Below are positions 11,782 to 20,992 of a stretch of DNA of 64,000 nt, one piece after another. Each line of letters opens with the position of its first letter. Within the stretch, counting starts at the first letter, position 1. This stretch comes from Candidatus Fermentibacterota bacterium. GTDB lineage: Bacteria > Fermentibacterota > Fermentibacteria > Fermentibacterales > JCC-6. The translations under genes and the position numbers were made by a program. Location: NCBI GenBank assembly GCA_963845085.1, contig CAWJQI010000004.1, positions 640,001 to 704,000 on the forward strand, written 5' to 3'. A model generated the notes under the pieces. It did not search any database. It was not told the origin of the DNA and saw nothing but the letters and a program-made list of their open reading frames with translations.

Positions 11782-12599
11782 CTGTTCATTTCCATCCAGA
11801 TCCTGGCTGCGTGCCTGACCGCATTTTGATCAGGGCATGGAACAACGGTTGCACCGGGTGCCAGCCCCGGGGGCGAACCTGATACCTTGAAAGCCGTACC
11901 GGCACACTCGAGCAGCAGCCTGTCGTTCCAGTCATTCCCCAGAGCCGCAGTGCGGCTTCCGGGGATACCGAGGCGTTCGGCCAGCGCGAGCATGGCGGCA
12001 CCCTTGTGCACCCCCCGCGGGAATATCTCCAACCACACCGTGCTGTGGTCAAGTGGGGATGTGGTTCGGATCACCTGGAACGACGGGCGCAGGGCTTCGC
12101 CGATCTTTGCCGCGTCGTCCTCGGCACTCGCAGGGTCGAGGTAGATCACGAACTGGGTGGCAGTTCCAGTCAGCCGGTCGACCGGAAGGACGAACCCGTT
12201 GTAGTACTCCCGCCTCCGGCTGTGGTCGGAGTGGGGTATGCCGGGCCCGTGGTAGAGGTGATGGCTGTCGGGAAAGGGGCCCTGTACTGAGTAGTCGTAG
12301 CGATGATTCTCAAGAAAGGCCCGAATATACGTTATGTCGCCAACGGACAGGCCGGCATATGTGACGACCTCGCCTGATTCGCTGATCATGCCGGCTCCCG
12401 ATGACAGGATGAGCCAGTCGAATGGGAGGGGCAGACCCTGCGTGGCCTTGCTGAGGGAATACGGGCTTCTTCCCGTGGCGAGCACCGTGACAACTTCCGA
12501 AGCCCTCAGATCGCGAAGGGCTTCAAGATCATCGATGCCGATGGTGCGGTCGGAACGGAAAAGAGTTCCGTCGAAATCGGTTGCAAAGAGGGTTTTCAA
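11778..12599 (-). CDS. Cof-type HAD hydrolase
   Basis: DFDGT, ATGR, K and GNDWND motifs. Confidence 0.9.
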   Translation of the reverse strand: MKTLFATDFDGTLFRSDRTIGIDDLEALRDLRASEVVTVLATGRSPYSLSKATQGLPLPFDWLILSSGAGMISESGEVVTYAGLSVGDITYIRAFLENHRYDYSVQGPFPDSHHLYHGPGIPHSDHSRRREYYNGFVLPVDRLTGTATQFVIYLDPASAEDDAAKIGEALRPSFQVIRTTSPLDHSTVWLEIFPRGVHKGAAMLALAERLGIPGSRTAALGNDWNDRLLLECAGTAFKVSGSPPGLAPGATVVPCPDQNAVRHAARIWMEMNR

Positions 12600-12610
12600 G
12601 ATCAGAGGGG

Positions 12611-13240
12611 TCAGTGACCCTCGAACTCCCGGTGCAGCGCCACCACCCTGCCCACCACGGAAACCTCGCCGTCTTCGCGGCGGAACTCCATAACAGGGAA
12701 GTCGGGGTTTCCGGGGATGAGTTTGACCACGTCACCCTCGCGGCGGAACCTCTTAACCGTGGCTTCGCAGTTCACCATGACCACGGAAATCTGGTTCTGC
12801 TCGACGAACGGCTGAGGTAAAACGAGGACCAGGTCGCCGTCGAGGATGCCGTCGCCGGTCATGCTTTCGCCCCGCACCCGAAGCCAGAACAGACCCTGTC
12901 TGTCGGCGTACCGTTCGGGAAGGGGAAGGCTGCCCTGGATGTTTTCTTCGGCCAGTATGGGAAGCCCTGCAGCCACGCTGCCAACGATGGGAGCCCTGGT
13001 GTCGGCGATGCGCCTGCCGTCGCCCAGCCTCGAAACAAGGCGCAGGGCCCGCGCGGAACCGTTCTCACGCTGCAGGTACCCTTTCTCGACCAGCCTGTCC
13101 ACGTGGTCTTTCACACCCTTGGTGCTCTTCAGGGCGAAATGCTGCTGCATCTGTCGGATCGAAGGCGGGTAGCCAACCTCCTTCAGAAAACCTGTTATGA
13201 ACTCGAGGAACTGCCTCTGGCGACTGGTAAGATCGTTCAT
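12611..13240 (-). CDS. lexA: SOS repressor LexA
   Basis: LTSRQ...GYPPSIRQ wHTH; VAAG cleavage site; GESM Ser and TVKR Lys catalytic dyad. Confidence 0.96.
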   Translation of the reverse strand: MNDLTSRQRQFLEFITGFLKEVGYPPSIRQMQQHFALKSTKGVKDHVDRLVEKGYLQRENGSARALRLVSRLGDGRRIADTRAPIVGSVAAGLPILAEENIQGSLPLPERYADRQGLFWLRVRGESMTGDGILDGDLVLVLPQPFVEQNQISVVMVNCEATVKRFRREGDVVKLIPGNPDFPVMEFRREDGEVSVVGRVVALHREFEGH

Positions 13241-13252
13241 GTACACCCCCAT

Positions 13253-13296
13253 GAAACATTTGTTCAGTATATGCCCTGAAAAGGGCCCACTGTCAA
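13253..13296 (-). promoter_or_regulatory. lexA promoter (TTGACA-19-TATACT) with overlapping GAAC-N4-GTTT SOS box
   Basis: Minus strand reads TTGACA (13296-13291), TATACT (13271-13266) and TGAACAAATGTTTC (13266-13253), 12 nt before the lexA ATG. Confidence 0.65.
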
Positions 13297-13310
13297 TGCT
13301 TGCGTGAAGG

Positions 13311-13757
13311 CTATTCCAGAAGGTCGCTGAAGAACACCAGATAGGCCATGAGACGGAGGCGAAGGTCGTCATGCGCGCCGTCGGTGTAGATGATGATACG
13401 GAAGTCGCTTCCCTCGACCGTTCCGTCATCGCGGATGGAACCCACGTTGCGCAGCCTTCCGTCCCTTATCCTGCCGTCGTCGGTGATGTCGAAGAGTTTT
13501 CTTGACTCGGGGTTCTGAACCTCGTTGTCGCGGATGTACCCAAGCACCCTGAAATCGCTGGCTTCGATTCTCAGCCCGGCATCCTCCTCGTCCTCGGACT
13601 CGCTTCTGATGTAACCGAGAAGAGTGAAAGACGCATCTTCAATCCTGCCATCCTCGCGGATGTAGGCAACGGTTTCGTACCTGTTGTTCTCAAGGCGCAG
13701 ATCCCCTGCGGAAAGGGCCGCACAGAGTACGGATGTAAGAATGAAAAGGCTTCTCAT
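13311..13757 (-). CDS. Secreted protein with short beta-hairpin-type repeats
   Basis: Signal peptide; recurring units of about 17 aa, (G)YIR.DG.I/V... Confidence 0.75.
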   Translation of the reverse strand: MRSLFILTSVLCAALSAGDLRLENNRYETVAYIREDGRIEDASFTLLGYIRSESEDEEDAGLRIEASDFRVLGYIRDNEVQNPESRKLFDITDDGRIRDGRLRNVGSIRDDGTVEGSDFRIIIYTDGAHDDLRLRLMAYLVFFSDLLE

Positions 13758-13807
13758 GGAAACCTCCCTTCAGCTGCAGTATTGTATCTTCACTGAAACC
13801 CGGAAAG

Positions 13808-14878
13808 GTGTCAAGGGCTTTGATCGAAGTATTCGCCCTTTTCATTGTTACAACGCTGTTCGATCCTCCCGCAGTCGATCTGAATTCGGCCGACCTCCAA
13901 ACCCTCATGACCATTCCGGGGCTGGGACATGCACGGGCAACTGCGATCCTCGACTACAGGGAAACCGTTTCGACTTTTCGAGACCTTTCCGAACTGGCGT
14001 ACGTTCCGGGAATAGGCCCGGGGATAATCGAGGAGATCGCTCCTTTCGTCTCGGTCGGTGCGATCGACCTTCCCTCTGCTGTGACAGGCCTTGTAACAGG
14101 GCTGCCCTCCGACACCGCTCTCACCGTAGGGTTCCTTGATGTAGGGAACGGCGATGCCGTTCTTCTTGCATCCGGTGAAGAGCGCATTCTGATCGACGGC
14201 GGCCCGCCCGGCGATCCGGGTATTCGCGCTCCCGTGATACACAGGCTGATCCAATCTGGCGTCGACTCGCTCAGTGCGGTCATGTTCACCCACCCCCACG
14301 CGGATCACATCGGTGGGCTTTCGGATGTCATCGAGCTCTACGGACCCGTTCTGCTCTGTGATCCCGCGATAGACCATCCTTCCCCGGTTTACGAGGATCT
14401 GCTGCAATTGGCAGAGAGTGCCGGCTGCCGGTACAGGGTTCTTTCTGAAGGTGACACGCTGCATCTGGGCGCTGAAGTGCTGATTACGGTGTTTCACCTC
14501 GAGGGCGGCCACTCCGTGAACGAGGCATCGGCGGTATTCCTGGTTGAGACGGGGGAATTCTCAATGCTCGTGACAGGCGACATCGAGGTGGAAACCATCA
14601 TGAGTCTGACATCATCCGCCTCGCCTGTATCGGTTGTAAAAATACCCCACCATGGAAGCATTTCCTCCCTTTTCCCGCCATGGTCAAGGAGAACGGCGCC
14701 CCTGATCGCGGTTCTCTGCGTGGGCAGGGACAACCCTTTCGGGCACCCGCACCCGGCCGTGGTTGAGGACTGGGAGTCAACCGGGGCAACAGTGTTGCGC
14801 ACCGACAGCCTCGGGAATATCTTTCTGCACACAGACGGCCGGAGGCTGTCAATAAACCACTCCAGGGAGACGCTTTGA
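13808..14878 (+). CDS. ComEA-like helix-hairpin-helix domain fused to a ComEC/Rec2-type metallo-beta-lactamase domain
   Basis: DLNSAD...IPGLG...VPGIG (two HhH motifs); FLDVGNGDA, THPHADHIGG, TGD, PHHGS, NPFGHP. Confidence 0.85.
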   Translation: MSRALIEVFALFIVTTLFDPPAVDLNSADLQTLMTIPGLGHARATAILDYRETVSTFRDLSELAYVPGIGPGIIEEIAPFVSVGAIDLPSAVTGLVTGLPSDTALTVGFLDVGNGDAVLLASGEERILIDGGPPGDPGIRAPVIHRLIQSGVDSLSAVMFTHPHADHIGGLSDVIELYGPVLLCDPAIDHPSPVYEDLLQLAESAGCRYRVLSEGDTLHLGAEVLITVFHLEGGHSVNEASAVFLVETGEFSMLVTGDIEVETIMSLTSSASPVSVVKIPHHGSISSLFPPWSRRTAPLIAVLCVGRDNPFGHPHPAVVEDWESTGATVLRTDSLGNIFLHTDGRRLSINHSRETL

Positions 14879-15819
14879 AGGCCCGGAACCGGCTTTCGCC
14901 TATACTTTACATCCTGCCAGCCCTTCTGGTGATACTTCTTTTCCGTTTGATACCAATTCTCGGGAGTTTCACCGCTTCATTCGCAGACTACGACATCGGC
15001 GGCTTTCACGGCTTCGTGGGCACCTCCCACTACGGGCGGATGCTTTCGGACAACCGGTTCTGGATGAGCCTCGGGAACACGGTTCACTACGTTCTGGGCG
15101 TCCTGCCGGCGGGGATCATCATTCCCCTCGCCCTTGCTGTTCTCCTCAGGAACGGGCTCAGGGGAGCGTCGTTCTACCGGACCGTGTACTTTCTGCCGGT
15201 CGTGACCAGCACCGTCGCGGTTTCAGTGGTCTGGACATGGGTGTTCAACCCCGAGGCCGGCCCTCTCAACAAGCTCATAGCCCTCTTCGGCGGGGAACCG
15301 CTTTCCTGGTTGAGAGAGCCAAGGGGCGTCTTTGAAATGCTTCTGGAACCCGCGGGGATAACACCGACGGGTTTTCTGGCGGGTCCAAGCCTTGCCCTCG
15401 TTGCCATCATGATCGTCGGGGTCTGGAAGAGCATCGGATACAACACAGTGCTGTTCCTCGCCGGGCTCGAGAACATCCCCAAAAGCTGTTACGAGGCGGC
15501 AAGGCTCGACGGGGCCGGCAGGTGGGCCTGCTTCCGGCACATCACGTGGCCGCTGCTCTCCCCCACCACGTTCTACGTTCTCATTATGAGCACGATAACC
15601 AGCTTCCAGACCTTTGCTCTGGTGTACGTGATGACCCCGCCGCCGGGAGGGGGACCCCTCGGCACCACGAATGTGATAGTCTTCTACCTGTACCAGAAGG
15701 CCTTCGACCGTTTTGACATCGGCTATGCCAGTGCCATCAGCGTGTTCCTGTTCATGCTCCTTCTCATCCTCACAATGCTTCAGAGAAGGTTCGGCGAGAG
15801 AAGGGTGCACTACTCGTGA
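14875..15819 (+). CDS. Carbohydrate ABC transporter permease (UgpA/MalF-like)
   Basis: EAARLDGA EAA loop; multiple TM helices. Confidence 0.92.
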   Translation: MKARNRLSPILYILPALLVILLFRLIPILGSFTASFADYDIGGFHGFVGTSHYGRMLSDNRFWMSLGNTVHYVLGVLPAGIIIPLALAVLLRNGLRGASFYRTVYFLPVVTSTVAVSVVWTWVFNPEAGPLNKLIALFGGEPLSWLREPRGVFEMLLEPAGITPTGFLAGPSLALVAIMIVGVWKSIGYNTVLFLAGLENIPKSCYEAARLDGAGRWACFRHITWPLLSPTTFYVLIMSTITSFQTFALVYVMTPPPGGGPLGTTNVIVFYLYQKAFDRFDIGYASAISVFLFMLLLILTMLQRRFGERRVHYS

Positions 15820-16577
15820 ACCTTGCCAGACATGCCCTTCTGTCCCTGGGCGCGGTTGTGATGATGCTGCCGTTTCTCTGGATGCTGTCGACATCCCTCG
15901 ATGACGGCGGGTTTTCGAATTTCAGGGAAGCGTGGAACATGGTCCCCTTCGGGCTGTTCTTCGTGAACACCATCATCATTACAGGGCTGACCGTGCTCGG
16001 GGTTCTCGTAACGAGTTCGCTTGCAGCCTACGCTTTCGCAACAATGGAGTTTCCAGGCAGGGGAATCCTGTTCATGCTTTTCCTGAGCACCATGATGGTG
16101 CCGCAGCCGGTGTACCTTGCCCCCTCCTATGTTCTCCTCGCCAAAATGGGATGGATCGACACATATGCTGCGCTGATCGTTCCATGGGTCGCCAACGTCT
16201 TCAGCGTTTTTCTGCTGAGGCAGCACTTCAAGACGATTCCCCTCTCGTTGTACGACGCGGCCGTTCTGGACGGCTGCAACAGGTTCCAATACCTCTGGAG
16301 GGTTGTCGTTCCGCTTTCCAGACCCGTGCTGGCCACCGTTGTGCTCTTCAACACAATAAGTTCATGGAACAGTTTTATGTGGCCTCTCGTGATGACCCAT
16401 TCGGAAAACCTCCGGGTCATTCAGGTCGGTCTTTCCTACTTCAACCAGGAAATGTCGGGCAACTACAGCCTTCTCATGGCTGCAAGCACCTTCTGCACCC
16501 TTCCCCTGCTGGTTCTGTTCCTCCTGTTTCAGAAGCAGCTGGTATCAAGCTATACAGGCTCAGGAATGAAGGACTGA
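15816..16577 (+). CDS. Carbohydrate ABC transporter permease (UgpE/MalG-like)
   Basis: DAAVLDG loop, WNSFMWPL; GTGA overlap with the upstream gene. Confidence 0.92.
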   Translation: MNLARHALLSLGAVVMMLPFLWMLSTSLDDGGFSNFREAWNMVPFGLFFVNTIIITGLTVLGVLVTSSLAAYAFATMEFPGRGILFMLFLSTMMVPQPVYLAPSYVLLAKMGWIDTYAALIVPWVANVFSVFLLRQHFKTIPLSLYDAAVLDGCNRFQYLWRVVVPLSRPVLATVVLFNTISSWNSFMWPLVMTHSENLRVIQVGLSYFNQEMSGNYSLLMAASTFCTLPLLVLFLLFQKQLVSSYTGSGMKD

Positions 16578-16578
16578 A

Positions 16579-17001
16579 ATGATCGCATTGCTCGCCTCAC
16601 TTCTTGTCGCACAGTTTCCCACCTGGTCGCTTGCGGGGGAGACCGCTGACTGGCTGGGCGTTCTCGCCAACCGGGGGTACACGGTGTTTCAGTACCACGG
16701 GGTTATTCTTCGCATCGGCGAGTCCCGCACGCTCCCGATAACCCTTCAGGCGACCGGAGAGGGAATCTATGGCGCCCTCGGCGGACCGAACGCACTGATG
16801 ATCGACCTGGAACTACTGAACGGCGACGAGCTATTATGCAGTTGCGGAACCGATGATATGCCGCTTGTTTACATGCCGGTTGACTCCTCCGGGCTGGTGA
16901 GCCACCTGAGGTTTACCATCACCGACATGACACACGGAGCAACCGCTGAAAGCATCTTCGTATACGCGGTGATCAAACCGGTTGACCCGGACTCGTTGTA
17001 G
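16579..17001 (+). CDS. Hypothetical exported protein
   Basis: 140-aa ORF inside the operon, with a short signal-like N-terminus. Confidence 0.6.
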   Translation: MIALLASLLVAQFPTWSLAGETADWLGVLANRGYTVFQYHGVILRIGESRTLPITLQATGEGIYGALGGPNALMIDLELLNGDELLCSCGTDDMPLVYMPVDSSGLVSHLRFTITDMTHGATAESIFVYAVIKPVDPDSL

Positions 17002-17043
17002 GGTATTTTACGGTGGCGTGAAAACATCCACAGGGAGCATTCG

Positions 17044-17961
17044 ATGAGGCGCATAAATACTCTTTTTATTCTGCTGGCAGTGACCTCCGCCGCCATGGCA
17101 GCCCAGACATCGGGCTTCGCGTTTCTCAGAATACCCGCCGGGGCGCGTGCCGTTGCCATGAGCGGGGCCTTCACCGCGGTGACGGGTGACCCGATGGCCC
17201 TGCATTACAACCCTGCAGCCCTCTCAACCACTGAGGGCAGCAATCTCACTTCCACGTATACAAGCTACATGATGGACATGCACGCCGCCTTCATCGGCTG
17301 GTCGAACCACAGAAGCAACGATGCCATCGGTGCCGCCATCAATTACTTCTACGGGGGATCGTTCCTCAGAACCTCCATGGAGAACCCGACAGGCACGGGC
17401 GAGGAGTTCAGCAGCAACAGCATGGCCGTGTCCGGATCATGGTCACGCCCCATCACCGACAGGTTCAGGGTGGGAGCAACCGGACGCCTCATCTACTCCG
17501 AGATCGACACCTACAACGCCCACGCTGTTTCGCTCGACCTTGGCGCCCTTTGGCTTCCGGGTCCCGAGGGAATGACCGCGGGCGCTGCGATCAGAAACGC
17601 AGGCGTTCAGACCAAAGCCTTCTACCAGGAAAACGACCCCATGCCAACCGAACTCGCTGTTGGCATCAGCCAGCGTCTTCTCAGCGGAAACCTTCTCATA
17701 GCGGCTGACGCAACCGCTCCAATGAGCGGCAAGTTCAATGCGGCTCTCGGGTTGGAATACTCGCCGGTTGCAATGTTCGCACTCCGAACGGGCGCCAGCC
17801 TCAACGCCCTTGAAACCGCCGACGAAGCGGGTGGAACAATCCTCGATGCATTCTCGTTCGGAATGGGTTTGACTCGCGGCACCCTCGGGGCCGATTACGC
17901 CTGGAAACCCGCTGCAGACCTCGGCGACGCCCACAGGATATCGCTTCAATACCACTTCTAA
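17044..17961 (+). CDS. PorV/PorQ-family outer-membrane barrel (T9SS component)
   Basis: Signal peptide; FLRIPAGARAVAMSGA...YNPAAL N-terminal signature; C-terminal aromatic beta-strand HRISLQYHF. Confidence 0.85.
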   Translation: MRRINTLFILLAVTSAAMAAQTSGFAFLRIPAGARAVAMSGAFTAVTGDPMALHYNPAALSTTEGSNLTSTYTSYMMDMHAAFIGWSNHRSNDAIGAAINYFYGGSFLRTSMENPTGTGEEFSSNSMAVSGSWSRPITDRFRVGATGRLIYSEIDTYNAHAVSLDLGALWLPGPEGMTAGAAIRNAGVQTKAFYQENDPMPTELAVGISQRLLSGNLLIAADATAPMSGKFNAALGLEYSPVAMFALRTGASLNALETADEAGGTILDAFSFGMGLTRGTLGADYAWKPAADLGDAHRISLQYHF

Positions 17962-17964
17962 GCA

Positions 17965-17992
17965 TTGACAGAAGCGGGCATTAAACTATAAT
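17965..17992 (+). promoter_or_regulatory. Consensus sigma70 promoter for tRNA-fMet
   Basis: TTGACA-16 nt-TATAAT, 11 nt upstream of the tRNA. Confidence 0.85.
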
Positions 17993-18003
17993 AGCCCGGC
18001 AGT

Positions 18004-18080
<77 letters not shown>

Positions 18081-18088
18081 TTAGATAT

Positions 18089-18124
18089 GAACACCTGCTT
18101 TTTCGGAAGCGGGTGTTCTTTTTT
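18089..18124 (+). terminator. Rho-independent terminator
   Basis: GAACACCTGCTT/AAGCGGGTGTTC stem followed by a T run. Confidence 0.85.
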
Positions 18125-18296
18125 ATTCCGTCATGACATGTGGCGGTCTGAACATGTGCATACTGTCACACCGGTCTGGTCTGGTGTTGATTCATCGTTC
18201 CTGTCCAGTTGCCCAACACCTCATCAGTGGATGACGGCTCATCGCATGGGATTTCAACCTTACTTGGGATACACTGGGATGGTCGGATCCTGTCAG

Positions 18297-18965
18297 TTAA
18301 AGACCCAGGAACTTGATTGTTCCGCCGCAGAGCAGCACCGTGAACCCGGCGATCGCGTGGGAGTATCGCTGCAATCCCTTCAGGGGCAGCACCTTGAGGC
18401 CAAGGGAAGCGCTCAGAACCAGCGACATCATCGTTCCTATGGTCACAACTGAGAACACTCCCGCTATAAGGACTGTGTAACCCAGGCCGGCGCTGGTTGC
18501 CGCAGGGTACATGAGTATTGGAATGAGGGGCTCGCAGGGGCCAAAAACGAAGATGGTGAAGAGGACCCATGGGGTTAGTTTCCTGCCGTGGTCGTGCCGG
18601 TGACCGTCCTCATCCGCATGCAAGTGGGTGTGGGGTCTGTTCCTTATTGCCCTGTGAACCCCCCAGACCATGTAGGTGAAACCAAAAGCCAGAAGCAGCC
18701 AGGCGGCCAGGTCTCCCCTTGCTGCCTCAATGGACTCCAGCTTGATAACCTCGATACCTAGCAGGACACCCGCGAAGCCAAGGACCACAGAGCTCAATAC
18801 ATGGCCCAGACCACACAGGAAAGTCACCCGTGCAGTCTTTCCCGTAGTCCACTCCCGCGCTTTGGCCATTACAATGAAGGGCAGGTAATGATCGGGACCG
18901 AGTATGGTGTGAAGAAAGCCGATTGAGGCAGCAGTGACAAGCAGAATCCTGATCTCGTTAGGCAT
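18297..18965 (-). CDS. Ni/Co transporter-like membrane protein (UreH/RcnA/HoxN-related)
   Basis: HTILGPDHYLP motif, His-rich loop HTHLHADEDGHRHDH, GPCE. Confidence 0.8.
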   Translation of the reverse strand: MPNEIRILLVTAASIGFLHTILGPDHYLPFIVMAKAREWTTGKTARVTFLCGLGHVLSSVVLGFAGVLLGIEVIKLESIEAARGDLAAWLLLAFGFTYMVWGVHRAIRNRPHTHLHADEDGHRHDHGRKLTPWVLFTIFVFGPCEPLIPILMYPAATSAGLGYTVLIAGVFSVVTIGTMMSLVLSASLGLKVLPLKGLQRYSHAIAGFTVLLCGGTIKFLGL

Positions 18966-19112
18966 GCTTCCCTTTCATGGAGTTCAGTCTTCCGTCGCTT
19001 AGGGATCTAGGAAAGACATAAGAACAAACGAAGGTGGAAACACACGATCAAGCATCTCAGTCAGCCCGCTTTCGAGGATTCGTGAACTCATGGGCGTTCC
19101 GCTGCGGCACCG

Positions 19113-19607
19113 TCACAACAGCAGGGGGTTCCCCCGCCAGAGGGCATAGGTGAGTGCCGTGGCGAAACCGACCCAGAGAAGGTAGGGAACGAGAAGCCAG
19201 GCCGCAGCATGGGAGACCTTCCGGAACTCCAGAATGGTTCGGAGTATTAGAATCCAGAGGATCAAGATCTCTCCCAGCGCCAGCGCTCCGAGGCGCCAGA
19301 CGAAGAAGAGCCATGTCCAGAGGGCATTGAGTGCAAGCTGGACCAGGAACAGCTTCAGAGCTGGGTTTGTGCTCCGCAAACCCACCTTCCGCCAGACCAG
19401 CCAGGCTGCTATTCCCATAAGAAGGTAGAGGATGGTCCAGACAGGGCCGAAGAGCCACGATGGGGGCGCCCATGCAGGACGGGTCAGCTCGAGGTAGAAC
19501 CCTCCCGCATTTACTGATGCAAGACCTCCCAGGGCGGCCGCGATAAAACTGACCAGAATCCACAAAACAAGAGACGCCATCTGGCGGAAAAGACTTCCCT
19601 GTGGCAT
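19113..19607 (-). CDS. TspO/MBR family protein
   Basis: Y..L.RP.WAPP.WLFGPVWT.LY; QL.LN.LW..LFF; PYL.WV.FA. Confidence 0.92.
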   Translation of the reverse strand: MPQGSLFRQMASLVLWILVSFIAAALGGLASVNAGGFYLELTRPAWAPPSWLFGPVWTILYLLMGIAAWLVWRKVGLRSTNPALKLFLVQLALNALWTWLFFVWRLGALALGEILILWILILRTILEFRKVSHAAAWLLVPYLLWVGFATALTYALWRGNPLLL

Positions 19608-19656
19608 TCGATACTCCCTTGTGGTTGAACCGGCCCACACTGCCATCAGTAGATAT

Positions 19657-19950
19657 TTAATAGAATACACTTCCCTGGAAGCATGGTTGTCGATACTTCT
19701 CCGGCGGCAAGCCTTTAACGGAGTCATGGGGTCGCTGCTCGTTATACTCAGTGATCAACCTCTCCGATATTCTCCTAAAATGATCCAGGCTCTCGCAGGT
19801 ATGCGTCAAGAACCTCGTCCCTGTAGGTCCTGTTGAATCTCTCGATGAAGGCGTTATGAAGCGCCTGCCGTTTTCGAGAGTGTCATGCATGAAGTTCTGT
19901 GACCGAACACGTTGGGCTCTGCCGGCGCTTCCAAGGGCAACGGGTCCCTT
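19657..19950 (-). mobile_element. IS3-family transposase (OrfB, rve core) remnant with internal deletion
   Basis: Fragments PLEAPAEPN, FMHDTLENGRRF, NAFIERFNRTYRDEVLDAYL and EYNEQRPHDS lie in shifting frames. Confidence 0.85.
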
Positions 19951-20065
19951 ACCCTTTATTTACAACAGACATTTGGATATTGTTTTCTCTGCGTGCATGC
20001 ATGATGCGTGAGCCTGAACTGCAAGTACTCCGGCAGCCGGGATCACTGAGGGGATGGAGGCCGTA

Positions 20066-20893
20066 ATGACATTGTCGAGGATCCTTATCTGCGCCACCTT
20101 CTATTCGGCAGTCAATTCACTCTTTGCAGACACCACCCATGGTTTGCCTTCCAGTGATATGGCGATTGTTTTTGCCGATTCGGCCCGCTTCTACTCCGAA
20201 CCCTCGAATGATTCCGGGCTTCTTTGCAGCCTGTCGCCCGGCACTCCGGTTCATGAGCTTGTCAGTACCGGAATCAGCGCCAGACAGAACGGGATTCTCT
20301 CACCATGGATGAGCGGAGTCTGCGAGATCGATGGCGTAAGACGGAACGGCTTCATTCTGATGGCCGACCTCGCACTTACGGAACTCAACCTGGGCAATGA
20401 CACCCTCTTCCTTTTCGGGCTCGATTCACTTCGAACGGCCGGCTTCAGCTTCTGGGGTCATGCAGAGACGGTTGTCGGGGGCAATGTGCTGCAGCGCATA
20501 CAATTATCCACACCCATCGGTTTTCAGAATGACGGAGGGTTTTACTATTCGGTTTCATCCCGCCTGCTTGATCATGAGCAGTTTCCGGATATGGATTGCT
20601 TGCTGGTCCTTGGATTCGATTATCCGGCATGCGGCTATGTGAACAGTCAGGTTCTGTTCGCGTGGTCGGACCGGTCACTTGTAATGGGTCCTTCTGCAGA
20701 CTGGGTGGCTGAAGCGGGGCTTTTTCACACAATAGAGGAGTTCCTGTTCCCGGGAGATGGCGGAACGACTCCAGGCATACTGGGGGTGTCTTTCTATCAT
20801 GAGAGATACAATGACGGGGCTTACAATGAGATGATTGTCGAGAGCGATACTACATGGTATGAGTGGACGGGCGCTTCCTTCAGTGAGTTGTGA
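20066..20893 (+). CDS. Hypothetical secreted protein (SH3-like N-terminal region)
   Basis: Signal peptide; ARFYSEPS.DS....L.PGT.V...W pattern resembling bacterial SH3; GGAGG RBS. Confidence 0.65.
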   Translation: MTLSRILICATFYSAVNSLFADTTHGLPSSDMAIVFADSARFYSEPSNDSGLLCSLSPGTPVHELVSTGISARQNGILSPWMSGVCEIDGVRRNGFILMADLALTELNLGNDTLFLFGLDSLRTAGFSFWGHAETVVGGNVLQRIQLSTPIGFQNDGGFYYSVSSRLLDHEQFPDMDCLLVLGFDYPACGYVNSQVLFAWSDRSLVMGPSADWVAEAGLFHTIEEFLFPGDGGTTPGILGVSFYHERYNDGAYNEMIVESDTTWYEWTGASFSEL

Positions 20894-20992
20894 TTGGAAA
20901 TGCAATTACACTGCAATAATGGTGAACTTCTGTAGTTTCCTGCACGATCGGCGTAATGATTGCCTGTGCATGATGAAATGTCAGGCTGGCGA

